DNA from: Lama glama
Taxonomy: Eukaryota
Direction: 5' to 3'
DNA length: 64,000 bases
Assembly: GCA_028534125.1 (NCBI GenBank)
Contig: CM052816.1
Location: 70,620,001-70,684,000 of the forward strand
Below are positions 53,290 to 64,000 of the stretch, in pieces. The notes below the pieces were generated by a model that was given only the letters and a program-made list of their open reading frames with translations, searched no databases and had not been told where the DNA came from. The position numbers were made by a program, and so were the translations under genes. Within the stretch, counting starts at the first letter, position 1; each line of letters opens with the position of its first letter.

Positions 53290-53776
53290 TTTAGAGGCAG
53301 AAATAATGGGCTTTCAAATAGGTTCATGTCCTAATCCCTAGAATCTATGGCAAAAGGGACTTGGCAGATTAGATTAAATTAAGAATCTTGAGATGGGGAA
53401 ATTACACTAGGTAAACCCAGCATAATTAGGATTTTTTTATAGGAAGACAGAATTAGGGTCAGAGTCAGAGAAGAAGATGTGATGATAAAGCAGAATCACA
53501 GGGAAAAATTTGAAGGTGCTACTTTGCTGCTTCTGAAGATGGGGGATGGAGCTGCAAGCCAAGGAATGCAGGTGGCCTCTAGAAGCTGGAAAAAGCAAGG
53601 AAACTGATTCTCCCTTAGAGCCTCCAGAAGAAATGTCTCCTCACTAATGTCTTGATTTTAAGTAAATCAAGTAAGACTTCTAAAATATTTAACCGTAAGA
53701 TAGTAAGTTTCTCTTGTTTTAAGCCAGTAAATCTGGCAGTGTCAGTTTGTTACAACAGCAGTAAGAAGGTAATACA
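53290..53776 (+). mobile_element. MLT1D-like ERVL-MaLR solo LTR
   Basis: ggcaaaagggacttggcagat...gagatgggga...agccaaggaatgcaggtggcctctagaagctggaaaaagcaaggaaactgattctccc...taataca. Confidence 0.85.
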
Positions 53777-55502
53777 GGGGTAGTAGGAAATACAAGGAGC
53801 TGGATTAAGGCAGACCCTGAAAGGTCAGCTGAGAATTTTTGGATTTTATCTGAAAGACAGCAAAGAACCACCAAAGGTTGTGACTAAAGACTAAGATATA
53901 ATGAAAATTACATTTTAGGAAGATGGATTAAAGGTTAGGTTCAGACTGAAGACAAGAAGAGCAGCTCTACAGTAGTGTGCATGGGTGGGTATGGTGATGA
54001 GACCCCAGATTTGTTGGGGACTTAAGGAAGCTGACAACATGATGATTGAAAGGGTAACCAGTGATGGAAAGGAAGAAGTCAGATTTCATGTCCTCATGTG
54101 GTAAAATGGGCATAAATATAGCACATATGATTCTGAGATAATAACTTGTTAAATTATAAATTTCAATATGATTAAACAGTACATGTGTACAGATATAAAT
54201 AAAAGTATATACACACACAAAAGAGAATTAAATACAACTTAGAAATATGTATGCATTATTTTCCTTTAAGTCCCTTCCTGGATTCAGCAAGGTTTATTAC
54301 CCCCAACAGTTGCAGAAAACCCACAGTATGCAACTTGTGGCTGTTTTAGATATGGGAAAAAAAAAGAGTAGCTGAACTTAAAAAAAAATGTATATATATG
54401 TGTGTGTATCTGAAATTGTAATTTGTTTACCTCTATCTTTTCAAGTTTCATTCTTCTCTTTTTAGAGCATATACAAACCTCATCTGATCATTTCTATGTT
54501 AGTGACTGCTTATTTGGTAAAAATGAAAAAAGTACAACTTGAGTAGTTAGTAAACCATTCATATTTTGCACAACAACAACAAAAATATAAACAACCTAAA
54601 AAATTTGATTTGGAGAGGAGTCATACTTCAAATATGTGTAAAGGGTAGTGATAGTGGCTGAGAAGTTCAAGTATTCACTGGCTGTAAAGCTGTTCAGAAG
54701 TTGCCACTGTTTGGATTATTGGACATTTCCTGAGTAGTAGAAAATATTTATATGAAAAGCAAATAGCTCATTAACTCTCTTTACACCACATCGCTTTGGG
54801 AAAAAAAAACTTTGCTTCCTAATAACCCATTTCTAAGAGATCTTAATGAAAGTTAGCAATGCTTGGTCATCTAAGCCAGGCTAAACTGGCAGAATCACCC
54901 TTGTTTTTAATGGTAAAATGCTAAATTAACTGGTACTAAAAAGCATGCCAGCAGTAAAGACACTGAATGACTGAATATTGATGATATGCTAAAGCCAATC
55001 ATTAATTAAACTGTTACTCTTTCACACAAAGTTTCACCCCATCTGTCTTCTCTTTCTTTCACCCTTGCAACTTCCCCACCTCAGTCAGTAACTGGTGTAA
55101 AAAAAAAAAATCTGAGCAGGGGTTAATCATTTGAAAAACTCTTAGAAAAATGCTATGATTCAACATTTTTTCTAAGTTGGATATAACTTTGCATCTTCAT
55201 GTGTTTTTTAAGTCCCTCCTTAAAAAATGCCTATTTACGCACAAGTAACAATTCTGTATTATGCATTTTAAAAATTAGTCTCCTCTGTGATATTTACAAA
55301 GTAAGTGTTCGCTATTCTTCAGTTTCAAAATGTTCCTCCTCCTCTGTGCTAACATAGAAACATCATTTCGGGACAAGTGGAAATTCTGCATTGCATTCTT
55401 CCCTTTCCTCGTTCTGTAGCAGAAAATACTTTGAAAGTGAATAATGCCTACTCTTAAGCAACCTGAAAGTAGGAACTTTGCTTATAAATCAGGTTACTTC
55501 CA

Positions 55503-55546
55503 TAAATAAATAAATAAGTAAATAAGTAAATAAATAAATAAATAAA
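55503..55546 (+). repeat. (TAAA/TAAG)n microsatellite about 340 nt into ITGA1 intron 1
   Basis: Read directly from the sequence. Confidence 0.9.
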
Positions 55547-55880
55547 TGGAAGGAAAAGCCATCCCAAAGTCCTAAAAATACTATATATTGCCAAAACAAC
55601 TTTAATTTGAAAAGTCAATTCCGCCTTGTAAAGTTTTCGGCACTGCTGCCGCCTGCCATTGGGGTGGAGGGTTTGAAACGGCATGGAAAGTAATTCATAT
55701 CAAAACCCAAACGCGGAAACTGCTTTCTGTCCTCCCACCTGCCCAGACTACCTGGAGCGCCCGAAATTGGGTCAGCGCTCCCGTCTCCCCTCTGGGCCGC
55801 TGCTCCGCGTGCCTCCCTCCCCACTTAAACCCTCGAGCCCCGCGCGCAGGAGATGCTCAGAGAAAAGCAGGGTCGCTCAC

Positions 55881-55941
55881 CGGTGAGGAGCCAGCAGCAG
55901 GCGACAGCGACCCCTGGGCTGGCGCGGCGTCGGGGGGCCAT
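55881..55941 (-). CDS. ITGA1: Integrin alpha-1, coding part of exon 1 (signal peptide MAPRRRASPGVAVACCWLLT plus 1 nt)
   Basis: ATG at 55941 in strong Kozak context (GCCATGG). 61 coding nt end at the donor CCG|GTGAGC (GT at 55880-55879). The peptide matches the mammalian ITGA1 signal peptide as I know it and joins exon 2 in phase 1. Confidence 0.96.
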
Positions 55942-55977
55942 GGCCGGAGCGGCCGGAGCGGCCGGAGCGGCCGCAGC
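55942..55977 (-). repeat. 9-bp tandem repeat GCTGCGGCC + (GCTCCGGCC)3 directly abutting the ITGA1 ATG
   Basis: Plus strand reads (GGCCGGAGC)3 GGCCGCAGC. Confidence 0.95.
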
Positions 55978-58959
55978 GCCCGAGGGACGCGCTGGATCGG
56001 AGGGAAGGACTCGGCAAAACCAAGCGCGGATCCGCGTAGCTCTGGGCCACTGCGACCTCCGCGAGTCTCCGTCGCCGGCCCGTCCGCCGCGGCGCCCGGG
56101 AGCTGCAGCAGAGTGATTTCCTGTGTTTTCGACCAGTGCCTCTAGGTTCGCTCCACAGTTTTCACATCCCAGACCGATTGCCACATCGCCCTACCCTTCG
56201 CGCTCTCGGGCTCTGAAATCTCACTGGCAGCCTCCCAGGCTCTGTCCGAGACATGGACAAATAAAGCCAGCTTCGCGGGTCCTTGTTTAGGCTAAAGTCC
56301 ACGGGCTGCGAAGCAAACCTTAAAGGGACATCTGCCTTTCATTGCGAGGGTGATCCCGGCCGTCCGTGCCAATCCCTAAGGTAGTAGGAAGGCGGGCGAG
56401 GGCTGGACTTTAGAGAGAGCGCCGCCAGTCCAGTGGCCCCGCCTTCGCACCCCTCGCTTCTCCCCAGGTCTGTGCAAGGAGGGCGCTTTCAAAGTGCCGG
56501 GCTCCTCGGCCCTTGAGGGGAGGCTGCTCTCCCGCGGTCCTGTTGCGCAGTAAGGAGCAGTCCGTCTGTCAGAGTGAGCAGGTCTGGTACCCTCCGTCCG
56601 TCTCCTGGGGACACTGAACTTGTCCGTCCAGTTTTCTCGCCCTGAAAGGGGGGTGGGAGCGCCCACCCCGACACGCCCCGCTGAGGGCTTGGCTTTCGCT
56701 TTTCGGAGGTTTGCTCCCTTTATGGTGGTTCGCGGTCAAAGGGAGGCTTTTCTTTGGGAAGACTATGGTAAGCTGGAGGAAAGGAGAAACAAGACGGGAA
56801 GGAAAAAGAAAGAGAGAAAGCGATAAAGCCAAGAGTGAAGCGGGAGGGAGAGGAAGGGAGGGAAAGTCTCCTTACAAATGGAATGTGTGTGGGCTATTTT
56901 GTTTAATCTGAATTAGGATGTTTGTACCCTGGAAATTGAATCTAATAAAGAACTTGGGACACTGTTTTATTTCTTCTTGCTGCAGACTTTTGTAAGTTGG
57001 AAAGCGTGTTACTCCCTCCTTCCTCACTCCCACTACTCTAGGGAATTGAGAATTGGAAAGTTGAGTTGGCCAGCCCAAATGCTCCGCTCAGGTCCCTCGG
57101 GGACCCACAAGAGAGGAAGCACTTAGAATTTTGCAGTGCTTCCCTTGTCTGGTGAGCTCTGCATCCTTTGAATCAAGAGCCATATCCACATGTTAGCTTC
57201 ACCAAGTACTTGCTATTTTTTTTTTTAAAGCAGCTGTGTCTTAGTGGTTTTGAGAATTTCAAAGAAAGGGAAGGAGTGGACGAGTGGATTTGTGTTTACA
57301 GGTGGTGGAAAGACTGAATTCTAGGCAACTCCATTCAATTCAATTAAAATAATTGCTTATCTGTCTCAGGACTGGGGTAGGCAGGACAAGAGTGCCACCC
57401 AAAGGAGGTCTCACTGCCTAGAACACCAGACAGGTGATATATACGGTACAGAGAATCCAAGGGAAAGGTAAGGATAAGCCCGCCCAGATGATCAAATAGA
57501 TTGCCGAATAGAAGACTGCAGGGGCTAAAAGTTGGAGAAGACATAATTGAAAAAATTTAACTAAGATCAGAAGTAGGCTGGGCAGAGGTGAGAGGTGGAA
57601 GGCCATCTGACTCCGATGGGACCTATCAGCCAAAGAATTCCTCTTCTAATTTACAAATTTGAAGTGATTCACTACTTAGTAAATATATTAAAAATCCCGT
57701 TCCCCCTAGTTTCTAGCTCTCATATTTTCATTTCTTAGTTCTGTTTTCAAAATTGCTTAAATAAATCTCTAGAAAAATTGCATTGTGTTGGGTCACATTT
57801 CAATCCCACTAGACATTACATGGGCTCCCAGTTTGGCTTTCCCATCTCTCTTGCATCTTCATTAACTTGATATCATCAATCTGCTTCCTGCTGCTCCCCT
57901 TTCTGGGAAAGCTTTGCCACAGAATGCCTTTCCTGTGTGTATCTCATCTCCCTGTCTCTAGTTTCACTTATGTCTTACACTTCTCAGTATGACTCGAAGG
58001 GCTTTGCACAATAATCAATAAATGCTGATTAATTGATTTATGCTTAGATATTTAAAAACATAATAACTATTTTCTCAGATATATTTTTCCAAATTCCTGT
58101 TTTCAAAAACAGATAATAGTGTGCACATATATATGTGTGAATGTGTGTGCCTTTGTATGTATATATACATATGCATATACCTATATGGAATTATAGAAAA
58201 TTACAATATATTGAATTTAAAAAATTAAAAGAAATTATAAAATTATATCTTAAGGTAGGATTAAATCATACTTATAAATGATCAAGGCTTTCATCACTGG
58301 GAACTTTACCTTTCTTTGTAGGGGTTAATACATATTTTGAATTTAAATATTTTTAAAACCTCCTCTGGAATTTACAAATTAGTGGTGATAACCACCACTA
58401 CCAGTGCTGTGGTTGAAGTTAATTTTCATATGTGTTATGAATCTTAGGGCAATATTTATTGATCTTTATGTCAAATCAATGCACGTGTAAAGACTGAGAA
58501 AGCAGCTATTGCTGGAGAATTCAATTTAGAATAAGTGCTCATATTCTGAATGTCAACAAATCTAAACACAAATCAATATCAGGAAAGCTATTTTCTTAAC
58601 CAGTTTTATCCTCACTGACATACCATTGAGTGAACAGAGGCTTAGAGAAGATAAAAACTGGGGTCACAAACTAGTAATTATATGAGGTCACCTGATGGCA
58701 GAAGGCTCTAGACCTTACTTTTCTACTTTGAAACCTAATCTGATCAGAACTCTTTTAGAGTTTGGAAATACAAGTGAAAGTTAAGAGTACACTAAGAGGT
58801 TTGAGGCTGAACTGATTAAGAATCTGGGAAGTAGAGTCTATGAAATGAGGCGAGCATAATTGAGGTTACTGACCAAGAATCTCAAAAGGAGAAACAGACA
58901 CTTTGTTCCAAAGTATTCCCTTTGGAGGTAATCTAATCTAGCAAGTGAAATCACGGTAG

Positions 58960-59180
58960 GTTCTAGAGTTAGACTGCTTCAAGTTCTGGGACCATGTGGT
59001 AGCTGTGTGATTTGGGAAGAATTATTTCATTTCTCTAAGTTTCAGTCTTCTCAGAAGGAAAATGGGGATGAAAATATTGCCTCTCTCTGAGGATTGTTGA
59101 GAAGATTGAATGAGACAAGCCTACAGAGCATTTAGCACAATGCCTGGATCAAAGTAAATACTTAATAGAAATGATTCATT
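58960..59180 (+). mobile_element. MIR SINE
   Basis: tagctgtgtgatttggg...ctctaagtttcagtcttctc...aaaatggggatgaaaata...gcatttagcacaatgcctgg. Confidence 0.75.
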
Positions 59181-62100
59181 CTTCTTCCCAGTAGTGGGAG
59201 AATTAGGATTAGATACACAATGGAAACATAGGGCAAGGCCTGTGTGTGGTGGACCCTATAGGAAGTGATGTAATTTGATGGCCATTGGAAGGGAATGGCT
59301 TCCCTTTTAGTGTTTGGCTAAAAATATTTCCATCCACTTTATTATTGTTCCTAGAATCCTGACCTTTAGAATATTTACTTTGGGTTAGCAATTATCTTGA
59401 AGATATCCCTATAAAATGGGTATACATTAAGACATCAGAACCCATTGTGGCATTAGCAAGAATTTGCTTTTCAAATTAGCTAGCTGTGAAAGAATTTTTT
59501 TCTTTTAACAAGAGAAGAAACATTTCACTAAGAGGTTGAGAATAAGAAGAGGGTCTAGAGTTCTGCTTCTGGTATATACCTGGGTTCTTTGACAATAAGA
59601 TCGTGGATTCTCAAACCATACGATAAATAAGGTATTTCTACCTGGTGGTGGTGTCAGTTTTACTCAATAATAAATAATTTTAAAACTGTTGTATGTTAAA
59701 ATATCATTTTTATAAGAAAAATACAAATGATGTCTTTTGAAAAGTTAAATATGAGGTTCCAAATAAATTTTAAGTGTGCTTTCATCCTTTCTGCTTGACT
59801 CTGAGGATTAAGGAGTAGGTGGTATTGTCTAGAGCTGCTTCTGCTTTTACAGAGATTTCAGGATGATTCAGATAGCTGCATTTTACTATGTATGTATTCA
59901 GGATAATGCACTCTAAGATAGTGACGCTAACTCACAGGACTAACCCATGTGGGCAGCTTAATCCAGTTCAATAATTTTTAAGTTCGTGCTGTGGACTGGA
60001 CTCCAGGACTATGTTCTGCAGAGGCAAAAATTGTAGGACAGTTGTTTTTCTACTGAAAACCTGCAGTTCATGAATTTCTTGCACTTGTAACTAGGAACAG
60101 AAAATAAGCAGTTGGGTCCTCAATTCTAAATCGTTTCTTTTTAAGCCTGTTATATTATGTAGTCTCTTGAAATTACTGTATTAGTTGTTGCCGCTTCAAC
60201 TTGAAAGTCCATGATTGCTTCTTCTGTGACCAAAATAAAGTCATATTTGTTCTCACAATGATGTGGGGCTTGAACTTCACCACAAACCAACCTTTTTTTC
60301 GGTTGTTGTTATTGTGTAATGTTCTTGTGTGAATGTTTTTTCACTTAAAATATAAAATAGGTGTTCCTGTTTCCTGAGTAAGTCTGTGCCAGAAACTTGG
60401 TCCAAAGACATTTGGGCAACTGGAGCTTATGAAAAAAAATTCTGACTTTAGAATCCTGGTGAGGGACAGTTCTTAACACTATAGGAAACTTCTCAAATAC
60501 TTCTTGGCCGACTTCAACACAAGTGAGACAGTAAGACTGCAGTGGAGGAGGGAGTACCAGGGTGGTGCCCTGGCAAGAAAATTCAATTTGTGGCACTCTC
60601 TGACTCAGAATAACCACCACTCGTGAGTGGTCACATTTTAGCTGTGTTGCTGGATCTCTTCCTTTGAAATGTGAGTTAATTATGTTCTAAGCTATTAGGC
60701 AATTCTAGAATTACTTGAGCAAGTTGATTTAGTTATTTTCCTTTGGCCAGTTTCTAAAAAGTTAAATCAGGTAGGTGGGGTCTAAAATCTCAGGACTATA
60801 GCAAATACATGATTGGTTGGTAATCAGCCCAAGAAGATATGTATTTCTTGTAACAGGACTGGGTCACTAGATACATTTGTGAGGAAGTATTCTTTTGTAA
60901 ATAATAAAAATAAATGCATCAAGAGAAGGAGAGTCTATTATTTGGCTCTGAAATAATAACACTTAAATGGATTGTTTTACAAATTATGTGGCTATTTTTC
61001 ATCCTGTCTACTGGGCCATAATATATACTGAAGCAGTCAATTAGTCATTTTTATTGCCTGCAAACGTCTGCCCCCATGTAATTCATTCATTGAAACAATT
61101 ATGGAGTTACTTTTGTGCAGCAGGAAGTCTTCTAGTTCCTTGCAGATTCAGAGATGTTGAAGTGCTTGGCCCTATCCTCAAGAAAATTCACAAGGTACCT
61201 AAATATATGCATAAAGTGATGTTTCTAATTGCACCTGATGAGCCCTAGAATAGAGGATAAAGTCAACAGGAAGAAAAAGACAGGGTTTCAAGAGATGTTG
61301 GCACTGGGATTTAGCCTTGCAGGAAGTGGGTAGAGGGTTTCAAAGATGGAGAAAAAGGGTAATGGGCATTCTAGACACAGGCAGCATGAAGTGGATGAAT
61401 GGAATGGAATGGAAGTTAGGAAAGGCAAGTGAAGCTGTGACCAGATTTGAAAGGATCTTGGAAGGATGTCAAAGAATTTGGACTTCTTCTAAGCATAGAA
61501 TATTTTCAAAGTTTTGAGTGACATATTCAAACGTGTTTTTTACTCTATTTTTATTTCCTTACTCTTGTTTGTTTCCTGAAGTAGCATGATTGATCTAACT
61601 TTGCAATATATTCGAGGAGATGAAATATATTAAAGCCATGAAGCACACTGTGAAACTTTCTCTCTTGAATTCTTATGCAATGCCTTCTTTAAGGAAACTT
61701 ATTATTCTTTATTATCAATAAATACGATTACATGCACTACCAGGAGTAGTGGAAGGTTGGACATTTGTCTCTGACAAAACAGCATGAATAACCTAGAAGA
61801 ATAAACTTTGGTGGTACTTTTAAAATTTGAAGAAGATGAAAATGAAGCCACTTATCATGATGCCTAAAAGAAGTTTTGGATACTCCAGTTGGACACCATA
61901 TAATAGGTATTCAAACATTAGGAAAGATGTACTGCCAGTATTGGCCATTTTAAGCTTCTTGGTTCCAAAGTAGATTGCTGGAATGAAGGGAGTCATGAAC
62001 TCATAATCACCCAAGTCTTTGTTCTGTGGAGTAAGAACTGTTTTTAAAGGCCCTGCACTGAAAAAGGAGAAGTGGTGCTTTTCATGAAAGATAGCAGAGA

Positions 62101-62865
62101 CTAGTTGATCCTTCTCCAGGAAAGGAAACTGTGGGCAGCCAAGAGGACAGAGCCAGAGATTGGGAGTTAAAAGCCACTCAAGTTGCCAGAGTAAAGTGAG
62201 AATGAACAGCCAAGTGTGAATAGGCAGTGAAGATAGAAGTGATGTGGAGCAAAGTTTGAACCCAAAGGCTTAGAAAACTCAAAACTAAGGCCAAAGGTAC
62301 CAGGATCTGCCTTGGTTTTTCTTTCATGTGGGCCCAAATGCGCTACAAAGGCAGAGGAGAAGAGTTTGAAGTACCCTCTATGGAGTTATGGCTTAATTTA
62401 GCTGAGCCATAATAAGTAATAGGACAAGTAATTGTAATGTAAATGTATTAGTAAGGCTAATAAAGAAATAATTAAGCAATTATATTTGTATATTGCAGGG
62501 AAGAATTTGATAGTCACAAATATGAAGAGTATAAGAAAGGAAACTACTTTATGAAACAAAATTTCTCTCTCAAGCCTCCGATATACAAATAAGTAATTCA
62601 GTGTTTTCTTCTCTTTTATTTTTTCCTGGAGTTGACTTTTTTTTTTTCCTTCAAATTTAAGTCCTGCTGAGAAGAAAAGAAAAATGGAAGAATGTATGAC
62701 CAAAAGAATGAGTCTCCTTTTCACAAGAGCTGCAGAAAGTTGTTGAATTCCTTGGATGAAAAAAGTGTTATAAAGGGCTTAAGGATGGAAAGAAATTGGT
62801 GGATCCTGAGGTGGGGGAACCGGGCCTAGAAAGGCTACAAAGATAATGTTAATCTCTCATGAGAT

Positions 62866-63162
62866 TTATTTTTCTTTTTTTTTTATTGAAGTATATAATC
62901 AGTTTACAATTTGTCAGTTGTCAATTTCTGTTGTACAGCATAATGTTTCAGTTATACATATAAATACATATACTCATTTTCATATTCTTTTTCATTATAG
63001 GTTACTGTAAGATATTGAATATAGTTCCCTGTGCTATACAGTAGAAACTTGTTGTTTATCTATTTTATATATATTAGTTAGTATCTGCAAATCTCAAACT
63101 CCCAATTTATCCCTGCCCACCCCCTTTCCCCCCATTAACCATAAGTTTGTTTTCTATATCTG
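62866..63162 (-). mobile_element. 5'-truncated lineage-specific L1 3' end
   Basis: Poly-T, ttattgaagtata...gtcaatttctg...aagatattgaatatagttccctgtgctatacagtag...aatctcaaactcccaatttatcc. Candidate TSD tctcaNNagat at 62855-62865 and 63163-63173. Confidence 0.9.
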
Positions 63163-63499
63163 TCTCACAAGATCTTTTAACTCATTTTTACAGTGATCAC
63201 CCTGCAAAAAACACATAAACACAAATAAAATAAAATCTTTGGTTATAAATTCAGTCTACCTAGAGTAATAACATTTAGATTTTTCTTATATCTCCACAGT
63301 ACTTAGTTTTGAGATTGTTTTGCATTTTATATCACTAGAAGTTGGGGAAAGTGAATCAGAATTTTCTACTTTGTGGTGATCAAAGTTAACTCTTCTGAGT
63401 AAAAGCAGTGTTTTTATTCCAAGAAAATGTCTTAATGAAAAGCTCATTTTGTGTGGACTATAATAATAAGCATATTTGTGCAATATTAAAACAAACAAA

Positions 63500-64000
63500 A
63501 GGGGAGAAGTATTTCTGGAATTACAGAGTATCTCCAAAATTCCACTCCTCCATAAAGGCCATGAGAACATTAGCAAAAGTTGTCAAAATCAACTTTTTCA
63601 GAACTCTGGAATTAAACAAAGGGTTGCAAAAATAAAAGAAAAGTTAAGAAAAAAAAAGGGAACCTTAAAAATATAGCAAACCCTGTGGCATTTGACTTCT
63701 CCCTATTTATTTCCACCCCCTTCCTCCCAGCTCTGTGGTACCCTGAAAGCAGATGGCTTCACAACTAGGCTGACAGAGTCAGCAGTCTAGCAACCACTGT
63801 ATAGTGACAGCATGGGTTTGGACCTCCCCAAAACCTCCACGAAGAAAAAAAAAAAAAAACCCTAGCCCAGAAGAATCATTACTATTTGACCTGAATGGCA
63901 GATTCCTGAAAAACTCTGTTTTCAAGATTTGTCTTTATATGGCCTGGCTCAGAGCTAGCCCTGTGAAAGTAGCCCTATTCCAAGGGCATTTGTGTAAAAA
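63500..64000 (+). mobile_element. Old L1M 5' region (continues beyond the window)
   Basis: ctcctccataaaggccatgagaacattagcaaaagttgtcaaaatcaactttttcagaactctggaattaaacaaagg resembles an L1M 5' UTR. Confidence 0.6.

Larger units (their letters stand above)
3748..55880 (-). other. ITGA1: ITGA1 intron 1 (52,133 nt), hosting PELO
   Basis: GT...AG boundaries and phase compatibility between exon 1 and exon 2. Confidence 0.93.
55700..56720. promoter_or_regulatory. ITGA1: CpG island / promoter of ITGA1
   Basis: CpG-dense segment around exon 1. GC box CCCCGCC near 56437-56443, CArG-like CCTTAAAGGG 56318-56327, no canonical TATA box. Confidence 0.88.

Noticed and set aside
55503..55546. Multiple AATAAA hexamers near ITGA1 exon 1 as premature poly(A) signals
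   Set aside because: They belong to a (TAAA)n microsatellite on the plus strand, antisense to ITGA1.
55825..56184. 119-aa ORF as a stand-alone protein
   Set aside because: It is ITGA1 exon 1 plus upstream leader and intronic read-through. The real coding part is 55881-55941.
61820..62724. Hydrophobic ORFs (64 aa and 108 aa) upstream of ITGA1 as small membrane proteins or pseudogenes
   Set aside because: The hydrophobicity follows from T-rich composition. I recognise no homology, splice structure or retrocopy hallmarks.
1..64000. CRISPR arrays, tRNA/rRNA/snRNA genes, prokaryotic operons or foreign inserts
   Set aside because: No regularly spaced repeat-spacer pattern, structured RNA gene or gene-dense segment was seen. 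The window reads as ordinary mammalian DNA throughout.

Overview
Mammalian genomic DNA, AT-rich. The short L1 3' ends, together with the lack of Alu, Bov-A/tA, PRE-1 and Can-SINE elements, point to a cetartiodactyl, most likely a camelid (inference). The window holds the 5' end of ITGA1 (integrin alpha-1) on the minus strand: CpG-island promoter, coding exon 1 (55881-55941), a 52,133-nt intron 1 and coding exon 2 (3627-3747). The complete 385-aa PELO (pelota, ribosome-rescue factor) gene is nested on the same strand inside intron 1 (CDS 44198-43473 joined to 43205-42774), with its own CpG-island promoter and poly(A) signal. The rest is intronic or upstream DNA filled with old transposons (L1, L2, MIR, MLT1, MER2B/5/20/53/58) and microsatellites. 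Repeat families were recognised by eye and their boundaries are approximate. The nesting itself is known biology, and I see no clear evidence of a wholly new system. The most interesting leads are: (i) splice routes that would turn the ITGA1 signal-peptide exon into a uORF on PELO mRNA, one ending in an AUGA stop/start overlap with the PELO start; (ii) a diverged 99-bp direct duplication whose two copies each look like an 87-nt poison exon; (iii) a CpG-retaining AP-1/ETS/E-box/CRE cluster in intron 1; (iv) a C/EBP-ATF-type site in the PELO promoter. All other ORFs in the track appear to be non-coding.
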